From the NCBI GenBank assembly GCA_051878475.1, contig JBJEKE010000334.1, forward strand, positions 1 through 32,649: 32,649 nucleotides of DNA. The letters run 5' to 3'. Numbering within the stretch: position 1 is the stretch's first letter; each line of letters opens with the position of its first letter. The notes below the pieces were generated by a model, which saw only the letters and a program-made list of their open reading frames with translations, did not search any database and was not told the DNA's origin. The position numbers and the translations under genes were made by a program. Positions 25,493 through 32,649 of this stretch are shown here, piece by piece. Origin of the DNA: Muribaculaceae bacterium. Its GTDB lineage: Bacteria > Bacteroidota > Bacteroidia > Bacteroidales > Muribaculaceae.

Positions 25493-27202
25493 ATGGGAGA
25501 TTACATAGTATCGGCGCGGAAGTACCGTCCATCGACGTTCGGCACGGTTGTGGGTCAGCAGGCGCTGGCGCATACGCTTAAGTCGGCTATCAGCAGTGGC
25601 CGATTGGCGCATGCCTACCTGTTCTGCGGGCCACGCGGTGTGGGCAAGACGTCGTGTGCGCGTATTTTTGCCAAGACAATCAATTGCAGCCATCTGACAG
25701 CCGATGGCGAGGCCTGCGGCGAGTGTGAGTCGTGCCGTGCATTTGAGCAGCAGCGGTCGTATAATGTAGTTGAGCTGGATGCTGCATCGAACAATTCGGT
25801 TGACGATATGCGTAACCTGATTGACCAGGTCAGGATTCCGCCACAGATAGGCAAGTATAAGGTGTATATCATCGATGAGGTCCACATGCTGTCGCAGAGT
25901 GCGTTCAATGCATTTCTGAAGACGCTTGAGGAGCCGCCGGCACATGCTATATTCGTGCTGGCCACCACCGAGAAGCACAAGATATTGCCCACCATTCTGT
26001 CGCGCTGCCAGATATACGATTTTTCGCGCATCACGGTTCCCGACATTGTGGAGCAGCTGAAGCGCATTGCCGCCAACGAGGGCATTACGGCCGAGGCCGA
26101 GGCGCTGAACATCATAGCGCAGAAGGCCGACGGGGCCATGCGCGATGCGTTGTCGATTTTCGACCAGGTGGCGGCTTCGTCGATGGGCAACATCACTTAT
26201 CGCAGCACTATCGCTAACCTGAATGTGCTCGACTATGAGTATTATTTCCGGCTCACCGATGCCATTGTGGGAGGTGATGTTAGCTCGGCGTTGCTCACCT
26301 ATCACGAGATACGTGAGCATGGCTTCGACTCGCAGTTCTTCATCAATGGGCTTGCCGACCATTTCAGGAACCTGCTTGTGGCGCTGAATCCGGCCACATT
26401 GCCGTTGCTTGAGGTGGCGAGCGAGGTGGTGACGCGCTACCAGGGGCAGGCGGCCACCACTCCGGTGCGTTTCCTGTATGCGGCTATGGACCTTTGCAAC
26501 CAGTGCGACCTTAACTACCGTACGGCGAGCAACAAGCAGTTTCTGGTGGAGTTGACACTGATAAAGCTGTGTCAGCTGCTGAGCACCCCTACCCCGCCGC
26601 CTACCACGGGGGGTGGGCTGAAGAAGGTGTCGGCGACATCGCAGCCGGCATCGGCACCGGCGCCGGCAGCCACTGCTGCACCGGCACCTACAGCCACAGC
26701 ATCGGCGGCTACGCCCCAGCGTAGGCCGTCGATGCCGTCGGCCACTGCGGCAGTGGGAGGCATACCGGTGATATCGATACGCGACATCAACAAGCCGTTG
26801 GCCGAGGTGCAGTCCCGTGCGGTAAAGCCGACGGAGAGCCGTAGCATGCCGTTCACGGCCGAGCAGGTGCGTACGGCGTGGGTGGAATATATCAACGAGC
26901 ATCCCAACGAGGTGTTCCTTATTAATTCGATGCGCTCATCGCTACCGGTGATTGAGGGCACAAATCTGTCGGTTCCGGTTGACAACATAGCGCAGCAAGA
27001 GTCGATAGGGTCGCACATGGACGAGCTTCTTGGCTTTTTCCGCGACCGTCTTCAGAACGATATGATAACCATAGGCACACACATGCGCGAGCATGCCAAG
27101 CGTCAGCGATTGCTCTCGCCTGAGGAGATAGTGGCCGAGATGATGGTGGAGCACGATTCGGTGCGCGAGCTTGTTAACCGCTTCAAGCTTGGCATAGCCT
27201 GA
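25493..27202 (+). CDS. dnaX: DNA polymerase III subunit gamma/tau
   Basis: ORF track, 569 aa. ARKYRP start, Walker A GPRGVGKTS, zinc module CGECESC, DEVHML and LSRCQ motifs. A Pro/Ala-rich linker sits at about 26585-26760. Confidence 0.97.
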   Translation: MGDYIVSARKYRPSTFGTVVGQQALAHTLKSAISSGRLAHAYLFCGPRGVGKTSCARIFAKTINCSHLTADGEACGECESCRAFEQQRSYNVVELDAASNNSVDDMRNLIDQVRIPPQIGKYKVYIIDEVHMLSQSAFNAFLKTLEEPPAHAIFVLATTEKHKILPTILSRCQIYDFSRITVPDIVEQLKRIAANEGITAEAEALNIIAQKADGAMRDALSIFDQVAASSMGNITYRSTIANLNVLDYEYYFRLTDAIVGGDVSSALLTYHEIREHGFDSQFFINGLADHFRNLLVALNPATLPLLEVASEVVTRYQGQAATTPVRFLYAAMDLCNQCDLNYRTASNKQFLVELTLIKLCQLLSTPTPPPTTGGGLKKVSATSQPASAPAPAATAAPAPTATASAATPQRRPSMPSATAAVGGIPVISIRDINKPLAEVQSRAVKPTESRSMPFTAEQVRTAWVEYINEHPNEVFLINSMRSSLPVIEGTNLSVPVDNIAQQESIGSHMDELLGFFRDRLQNDMITIGTHMREHAKRQRLLSPEEIVAEMMVEHDSVRELVNRFKLGIA

Positions 27203-27408
27203 GAGACACACATTTAAGATAGGGCGCTTGCCCCGGCCGGGAACGCACACTCCCTTTCCACGTATGTGATTTGAACAAATTACCCGAATTGTCGGTTATA
27301 TTGCCGTATTTTGCCATGCATGATGGGATGAAATGTTGTAAAAATTTAAAAGTGGGCGAAAATACGGAAATTTTTCAGTAATTATGTTTCACTATCAAAT
27401 ATTTTGAT

Positions 27409-27416
27409 TATTTTTG
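27409..27416 (+). promoter_or_regulatory. candidate -7 box (TATTTTTG) for pckA
   Basis: The plus strand reads TATTTTTG in an AT-rich spacer, 83 nt upstream of ATG 27499. Confidence 0.35.
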
Positions 27417-27498
27417 CACTCGAAATACAAGGCGAAGACAGAAACGTCAGAATACAATAAAGTTTAGATATTCCAAATAACTATAAATAAACAATAAC

Positions 27499-29100
27499 AT
27501 GGCAAAGATTGATTTATCACAGTATGGCATTACTGGCGCAACAGTAATAGCACACAATCCATCTTACGAGAAACTGTATGAGGAGGAGACCAAAGCCGGT
27601 CTCGAAGGCTTTGAGGTTGGTCAGAACACCGAGCTCAATGCAGTAAACGTAATGACAGGTATCTTCACCGGACGTTCTCCAAAAGACAAATATATCGTTG
27701 ACGATGCCAACTCACATAACACAGTATGGTGGACAACTCCTGAATACAAGAACGATAACCACCCCATGAGCGAAGCTGTATGGGCACAGGTAAAGGAAAT
27801 TGCCAAGAAGGAGCTTTCGAACAAGAACCTTTACGTGGTTGACTGCTTCTGCGGTGCCAACAAGGACACTCGCATGGCTGTACGCTTCATTGTTGAGGTG
27901 GCATGGCAGGCTCACTTCGTAACCAACATGTTTATCCGCCCGACAGCCGAAGAGCTTGAATCGTTCACACCTGATTTCGTTGTATACAACGCATCGAAGG
28001 CCAAGGTTGAGAACTATCAGGAACTCGGCCTGAACTCGGAGACTTGCGTAGCCTTCAACACTACCAGCCGCGAACAGGTGATCATCAACACATGGTACGG
28101 CGGTGAAATGAAGAAAGGTATGTTCTCAATGATGAACTACTATCTGCCATTGAAGGGTATCGCCTCGATGCACTGCTCGGCCAACTGCGACATGAACGGC
28201 GAGAACACTGCTATCTTCTTTGGCTTGTCAGGTACAGGCAAGACCACTCTGTCGACCGACCCGAAGCGTCGCCTTATCGGTGACGACGAGCACGGCTGGG
28301 ACGACAACGGCGTGTTTAACTTCGAGGGCGGCTGCTACGCCAAGGTTATCAACCTCGACAAGGAGAGCGAACCCGACATCTACAACGCCATCAAGCGCGA
28401 TGCACTCCTTGAGAACGTAACAGTTGACGCCAACGGCAAGATTGACTTTGCCGACAAGAGCGTGACCGAGAATACTCGTGTATCGTATCCTATCAACCAC
28501 ATCAACAACATCCAGCCAGGTTCGTCGGCTCCGGCTGCCAAGCAGGTGATATTCCTGTCGGCTGATGCTTTCGGTGTGCTTCCTCCAGTGTCTATCCTAA
28601 CTCCTGAGCAGACCAAGTACTACTTCCTCTCAGGCTTCACTGCTAAGCTCGCCGGTACAGAGCGTGGCATCACTGAGCCAACTCCTACCTTCTCGGCTTG
28701 CTTCGGCCAGGCATTCCTTGAGCTCCACCCAACAAAGTATGCCGAAGAGCTCGTAAAGAAGATGGAAGCCAACAACGCCAAGGCTTATCTGGTTAACACA
28801 GGCTGGAACGGTACAGGCAAGCGTATCTCAATCAAGGATACACGCGGTATCATCGACGCTATCCTCAGCGGCGACATCGACAAGGCTCCTACAAAGGAAA
28901 TCCCGATGTTCAACTTCACTGTTCCTACCGAACTTCCCGGTGTTGACCCACACATCCTCGACCCACGCGACACTTACGATTGCGCTTGCAAGTGGGAAGA
29001 GAAGGCAAAAGACCTTGCTGCCCGCTTCATCAAGAACTTTGCCAAGTATGAAGGCAACGAAGCTGGCAAGGCTCTCGTAGCTGCCGGTCCTAAGTTGTAA
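27499..29100 (+). CDS. pckA: phosphoenolpyruvate carboxykinase (ATP)
   Basis: ORF track, 533 aa. ATP-PEPCK signatures [10 protein letters not shown], kinase-1a [11 protein letters not shown], and IGDDEHGW. Confidence 0.97.
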   Translation: MAKIDLSQYGITGATVIAHNPSYEKLYEEETKAGLEGFEVGQNTELNAVNVMTGIFTGRSPKDKYIVDDANSHNTVWWTTPEYKNDNHPMSEAVWAQVKEIAKKELSNKNLYVVDCFCGANKDTRMAVRFIVEVAWQAHFVTNMFIRPTAEELESFTPDFVVYNASKAKVENYQELGLNSETCVAFNTTSREQVIINTWYGGEMKKGMFSMMNYYLPLKGIASMHCSANCDMNGENTAIFFGLSGTGKTTLSTDPKRRLIGDDEHGWDDNGVFNFEGGCYAKVINLDKESEPDIYNAIKRDALLENVTVDANGKIDFADKSVTENTRVSYPINHINNIQPGSSAPAAKQVIFLSADAFGVLPPVSILTPEQTKYYFLSGFTAKLAGTERGITEPTPTFSACFGQAFLELHPTKYAEELVKKMEANNAKAYLVNTGWNGTGKRISIKDTRGIIDAILSGDIDKAPTKEIPMFNFTVPTELPGVDPHILDPRDTYDCACKWEEKAKDLAARFIKNFAKYEGNEAGKALVAAGPKL

Positions 29101-29130
29101 TTCCATAGTAGGTAACAACCCATAATCAGA

Positions 29131-29166
29131 GTGCCTGCCGCCAAATGTGCGGTGGGCACTTTTTTT
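29131..29166 (+). terminator. rho-independent terminator of pckA
   Basis: GTGCCTGCCGC (29131-29141) pairs with GCGGTGGGCAC (29149-29159), giving 11 bp with two G-U wobbles and a 7-nt loop, followed by TTTTTTT. It lies 31 nt after the stop. Confidence 0.85.
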
Positions 29167-29193
29167 CGTGGCTATCGACCGGAGCCCGACGAT

Positions 29194-29226
29194 GTTCCAC
29201 TTGTTCCACCCCTGGAACAGTGGAAC
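29194..29226. repeat. 14-bp hairpin built from GTTCCA/TGGAAC units
   Basis: GTTCCAC-T-TGTTCCA (29194-29208), loop CCCC, then TGGAACA-GTGGAAC (29213-29226). A third direct TGGAACA copy lies at 29231-29237. No U-tract follows on either strand. Confidence 0.6.
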
Positions 29227-29329
29227 AAAATGGAACAAGGGTGGGCGGAAGTGAGGCATCAGTGAGCCGCCGGAGTGTAAAAATTCGGTAAAAGAATTGA
29301 AATATTGCGCAATTTCGAAAAAGATTGTA

Positions 29330-29337
29330 TATATTTG
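29330..29337 (+). promoter_or_regulatory. candidate -7 box (TATATTTG) upstream of the TonB-dependent receptor
   Basis: The plus strand reads TATATTTG, 198 nt upstream of ATG 29535. A weaker one-short variant (TAATTTG) lies at about 29493. Confidence 0.3.
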
Positions 29338-29534
29338 AAATTATTTCGCTAAGTGTCGCCCTGCAGAAGGGCTTCGGCGAGGTGGATGGCAGCAATTATC
29401 CGTTGCAGCCGCACTGATGTGCACCGAGCTTGGGCTGATGCGAGGCTAACGATTCACTTAACCTGTAAATCGTGACATATGGAGAGACGTTGATAATTTG
29501 TAAAATTAAATAAATAAACAAAGTAAGCAAACGT

Positions 29535-32288
29535 ATGAAAATCAGACTGTTAATGCTATTTGCCCTGATATCGGCGGCAACGCTATGCTTGTCGGCACAG
29601 CAGAGCGGCTTCAAGGGCACTGTAGTGGATGCAGAAACCGGCCGACCGGTAGCCGGGGCAAGTGTGATTGTCGAAGGGCAGAACATACTTGTCACCACCG
29701 GGCCCAACGGCGATTTCCGCATCTCGAATGCGCAGCCGGGCCAATGCAACATTGTGGTTGTGGCGTATGGCTACAACGACCTTGTCACTGAGGCAACGGC
29801 TTTCAGTAACGCAGTTGACGACATCGGAGCACTGAAGCTCAAGGCCGACGTGTTTGCGGTGAGCGACAACTCGGAGAGCGATGTGCTGGTGAGCGAGTCG
29901 ATGCTTGAAGACGAGGAAGGCAACAGCCAGGCTGTTGGCGCCTTGACCGGTGCATCCGACAACGTGTACTACCAGACATCGAACTATGAGTTCAATGTGA
30001 TGCGATTCCGTTTCCGCGGCTACGACCAGAAGTACAGCACCACCTACATCAACGGTGTGGGCTTCAACGAGCCTATCCGCGGCCGTTTCAACTATTCGAT
30101 GCTGGGCGGCATGAACAATGCGTTCCGTTCGCGTAGCACATCGGTGGGTATAGCTCCGTCGATGTACGGCTTTGGCGGCATTGGCGGCACCACCAACATC
30201 TCAACCTTCGTTGAGGATTATGCCCCGGGATTGCGCGCCAGTGTGGCATACACCAACTCGAACTACTACGTGCGCGGCATGGCCACCTACACCACCGGCT
30301 TCAACAAGAATGGCTGGGCGGCAACCATCTCGGCTATCGGCCGCTACAGCGACGAGGGTATATACCCCGGCACGTTCTACCACTCCGGCGGTTATTTCCT
30401 TTCGGTAGAGAAGAAGTTCGGCGACAAGCATTCGCTGCATCTAACCTCATTCGGCGCCCCGACACAGCGCGCTTCGAACACCGCCATATACGAGGAGACC
30501 GCCATTCTGGCCGACGACTACCGATATAACCCCAACTGGGGCTGGCAGGACGGCAAGAAGCGCAATGCCCGAGTGGTGGAATCGTTCGACCCCACTGCAA
30601 TCATCAACTGGCTGTGGCGCCCCAATTCGGGCACTCAGCTCAACACCGGTTTCGGATTCCGTGCCTCGAACTACTCGTCGTCGGCACTCAACTGGTATCG
30701 TGCTGCCGACCCGCGCCCCGACTATTACCGCTATCTCCCGTCGTACTACGACGAAGGCTCTGCCACCCGCGACCTTTATACCACTCTGTGGCAAACCGAC
30801 GAGAGCATGCGCCAAATCGACTGGCAATCAATCTACAACGCCAACCATTTCAACAACATGGAGAACGCTGCCGGCGGCGTGCAGCGTGGCTCGACTTACA
30901 TTCTCGAGAAACGCCACAGCAACCAGCTGAACTATCAGCTTAACTCCACCCTGCTGCACCGAATCAACGACCACATAACCCTGAATGCCGGCATCGGTGC
31001 AAACCATACAAAGGGAACATACTACAAGACCGTCAAGGACCTGCTCGGAGGCGAATACTGGCTCGATATCGACCAATTTTCCGAACGCGACTTCCCTAAC
31101 CAGCCCGACATGCTGCAGAACGACCTCAACAACCCCGACCGCAAGGTGGTGAAGGGCGACAAGTTCGGTTATCACTACGACATCAACGTATACACCGCCA
31201 ACGCATGGCTGCAGAACCTGATTACCCTGCCCCATTGGGACATCAACTACGGCATCAACGTGTCGTACACCTCGTTTCAGCGCGAAGGCCGCATGCGAAA
31301 CGGCCGCGCTCCCGAAAATTCTTACGGTGTGGGCAAGCGCCACGAATTTGACAACGCCGGTTTCAAGTTCGGAGCCACCTACAAGCTCGACGGCCGCAAC
31401 AACTTCGTTGTCAACGCTCTCTATCAGACCAACGCACCGCTTGCCGACCAGGCCTACATATCGCCGCGTATCAAGGACGACGTAATCACCGACCTGCAGA
31501 GCGAACGAGTGCTCTCGGGCGACATCTCATACGTGTTTAACTACCGCCGATTCAAGGGCGTCGTTACCGGCTTCTACACCGACTCGCGCAACGGCATCGA
31601 GCGATTCTCGTTCTACGACGACCAGCGCTCTACATTCATGAACTACGCCATGACCAACGTGCACCGTGTGTATAAAGGTGTTGAATTCGGCGTAGCATTC
31701 AAGGCCACCCCGAGCGTCACCGTCACCGCAGCCGGTACTTATGCCCGCTACCAGTACAAGGACCGCCCAACAGGCACCAGAAGCTACGAGAACGGCACAG
31801 AACCCGACGAAACCCAGACAGTGTATCTCAACAACTACTACGTGGGCTCAACCCCTCAGCAGGCCTACAACATCGGCATCGACTGGGCTGCCCCCGGAAT
31901 GTGGTTCTTCAACATCAACGGCTCGTGGATGGGCGACAGCTATGTCGACATCTCTCCCGTGCGACACGAGGCAATGCCCGATTTGTGGACTATCTGCTCC
32001 GACGAAGCCGAAGTGAAACGCCTCACCGAGGAAATCACCGCCCAGGAGAAGCTCCGCGATGCTTTCGTGCTCAATGCAAGCATCGGCAAGCTAATCTACC
32101 TTAACCGTACGGCCTCACTCAACATCAACGTGAATGTGGAGAACATGCTCAACAACCGCAAAATCATGACCGGCGGTTATCAGCAAGGCCGTTTCGACTA
32201 CAGCAACTACAACATTGCCAAATTCCCTAACAAATATTACTACGCCCAAGGCATCAGAGTATTCGTGAACGTAGGCGTAAAATTCTAA
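29535..32288 (+). CDS. TonB-dependent receptor with N-terminal carboxypeptidase-regulatory-like domain (not a SusC/STN type)
   Basis: ORF track, 917 aa. Signal peptide MKIRLLMLFALISAATLCLSAQQ, CarbopepD_reg-like domain (FKGTVVDAETGRPVAGASVIVEG...GDFRISN), a plug region, and a beta-barrel ending in the terminal aromatic ...VNVGVKF. Confidence 0.9.
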   Translation: MKIRLLMLFALISAATLCLSAQQSGFKGTVVDAETGRPVAGASVIVEGQNILVTTGPNGDFRISNAQPGQCNIVVVAYGYNDLVTEATAFSNAVDDIGALKLKADVFAVSDNSESDVLVSESMLEDEEGNSQAVGALTGASDNVYYQTSNYEFNVMRFRFRGYDQKYSTTYINGVGFNEPIRGRFNYSMLGGMNNAFRSRSTSVGIAPSMYGFGGIGGTTNISTFVEDYAPGLRASVAYTNSNYYVRGMATYTTGFNKNGWAATISAIGRYSDEGIYPGTFYHSGGYFLSVEKKFGDKHSLHLTSFGAPTQRASNTAIYEETAILADDYRYNPNWGWQDGKKRNARVVESFDPTAIINWLWRPNSGTQLNTGFGFRASNYSSSALNWYRAADPRPDYYRYLPSYYDEGSATRDLYTTLWQTDESMRQIDWQSIYNANHFNNMENAAGGVQRGSTYILEKRHSNQLNYQLNSTLLHRINDHITLNAGIGANHTKGTYYKTVKDLLGGEYWLDIDQFSERDFPNQPDMLQNDLNNPDRKVVKGDKFGYHYDINVYTANAWLQNLITLPHWDINYGINVSYTSFQREGRMRNGRAPENSYGVGKRHEFDNAGFKFGATYKLDGRNNFVVNALYQTNAPLADQAYISPRIKDDVITDLQSERVLSGDISYVFNYRRFKGVVTGFYTDSRNGIERFSFYDDQRSTFMNYAMTNVHRVYKGVEFGVAFKATPSVTVTAAGTYARYQYKDRPTGTRSYENGTEPDETQTVYLNNYYVGSTPQQAYNIGIDWAAPGMWFFNINGSWMGDSYVDISPVRHEAMPDLWTICSDEAEVKRLTEEITAQEKLRDAFVLNASIGKLIYLNRTASLNINVNVENMLNNRKIMTGGYQQGRFDYSNYNIAKFPNKYYYAQGIRVFVNVGVKF

Positions 32289-32315
32289 CCATCAACAACA
32301 AATTATCATATCGAT

Positions 32316-32649
32316 ATGAAATCTTTTAGAATATATCTTTCAGGTCTTTTGACGATATTGGCGATGGCAATCACCGGCTGCTCCGACGATTTCGACACGC
32401 CTCCCGTCTATACTCCAACTGCCGACTTCAACGAGCAGTATCTGATGTCGATTGCCGACTTCAAGGCTAAATACTGGCAGGACGGAAACTCATTTATCGA
32501 CACCATCCGTGCTACTGCCGAAATGCCACACCTTTATGTCAAAGGTCGCGTGGTTAGCTCCGACGAGGCCGGTAACATCTACAAAAGCCTTGTCATTCAG
32601 GACGAAACAGCCGCTCTGGCCATGTCAATCAACCAGAACAACATGTATA
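32316..32649 (+). CDS. lipoprotein of unknown function (partial, continues past the right edge); possibly DUF5689-like OB-fold family
   Basis: Absent from the ORF track because it has no stop. My translation from ATG 32316 reads MKSFRIYLSGLLTILAMAITGCSDDFDTPPVYTPTADFNEQYLMSIADFKAKYWQDGNSFIDTIRATAEMPHLYVKGRVVSSDEAGNIYKSLVIQDETAALAMSINQNNMY. It has a lipobox (AITGC) and starts 27 nt after the receptor stop. The family guess is from memory only. Confidence 0.6.
   Translation, partial: MKSFRIYLSGLLTILAMAITGCSDDFDTPPVYTPTADFNEQYLMSIADFKAKYWQDGNSFIDTIRATAEMPHLYVKGRVVSSDEAGNIYKSLVIQDETAALAMSINQNNMY

Noticed and set aside
25475-26902. A 475-aa minus-strand ORF, the second-longest unassigned ORF in the track.
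   Set aside because: It is extremely Arg/Cys/Leu-rich (for example RRCRCRLRCRR) and fully antisense to dnaX, which has unambiguous motifs. It is an artefact of codon bias and the GC-rich Pro/Ala linker.
25493-27202. Possible programmed frameshift or slippage site in dnaX producing a short gamma subunit.
   Set aside because: I found no A-AAA-AAG heptamer or long A-run in the gene, so nothing in the sequence supports it.
29192-29254. A 20-codon ORF (MFHLFHPWNSGTKWNKGGRK) spanning the GGAACA repeat cluster, considered as a possible leader peptide.
   Set aside because: The reading frame is a by-product of the nucleotide repeats. It has no promoter upstream (it directly follows the pckA terminator), and its sequence has no features of a leader peptide.
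29345-29534. Assignment of the receptor leader to the TPP or cobalamin riboswitch classes.
   Set aside because: The invariant TPP elements (CUGAGA, ACCUGAUCUGGAUAAU) and a B12 box (AGYCMGGAGACCKGCC-like) are absent. Only loose resemblances exist (GGTG, GCCGCACTG, AACCTG). It is kept only as an unclassified candidate.
1-32649. Scan for CRISPR arrays, tRNA/rRNA/tmRNA genes, IS elements, integrases, phage modules, toxin-antitoxin pairs or defence-system genes.
   Set aside because: I found no regularly spaced direct repeats and no tRNA-like T-arm motifs in the spacers. No ORF shows transposase, integrase, nuclease or ATPase defence signatures. All large ORFs are accounted for by the annotated genes.

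Overview
This is a Bacteroidales-type chromosomal segment of roughly 50% GC. Supporting signs are a SusC/SusD pair, TAnnTTTG -7 promoter boxes, a pdxJ-exbB-exbD-tonB cluster and DUF4271/HemD-like synteny. All genes from 1 to 24.25 kb are on the minus strand, and all from 24.5 to 32.6 kb are on the plus strand. (i) 1-11651 is an ECF-sigma/anti-sigma controlled PUL-like locus. In transcription order it encodes the sigma factor, a FecR anti-sigma factor, a SusC-like receptor with an N-terminal STN signalling domain, and a SusD-like lipoprotein. These are followed by two Tat-signal Gfo/Idh/MocA oxidoreductases flanking a 78-aa membrane protein, a DUF1080 (3-keto-disaccharide hydrolase family) protein and an ApbE-like flavin transferase that runs off the window. 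I recognise no glycoside hydrolase, lyase or esterase. (ii) 11.8-24.25 kb is housekeeping: two FKBP PPIases, leuS, a HemD-like/DUF4271 pair, a LOG-family protein, an SDR epimerase, fhs, and tonB-exbD-exbB-pdxJ. (iii) 24.5-32.6 kb holds nadK, dnaX, pckA, and a non-SusC TonB-dependent receptor with a partner lipoprotein (partial). The items most worth a second look are the glycosidase-less redox PUL with an operonic ApbE, a candidate approx. 125-nt cis-antisense sRNA in the anti-sigma/susC spacer, a 17-bp imperfect inverted repeat bracketing a promoter-like box between susD and the oxidoreductase genes (inverton-like), and an unexplained hairpin plus GC-rich block upstream of the second TonB-dependent receptor. 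I saw no CRISPR array, tRNA/rRNA, transposase, integrase, phage or toxin-antitoxin genes. All family calls come from motif reading and memory, not searches. Hand-counted motif coordinates may be off by 1-2 nt.
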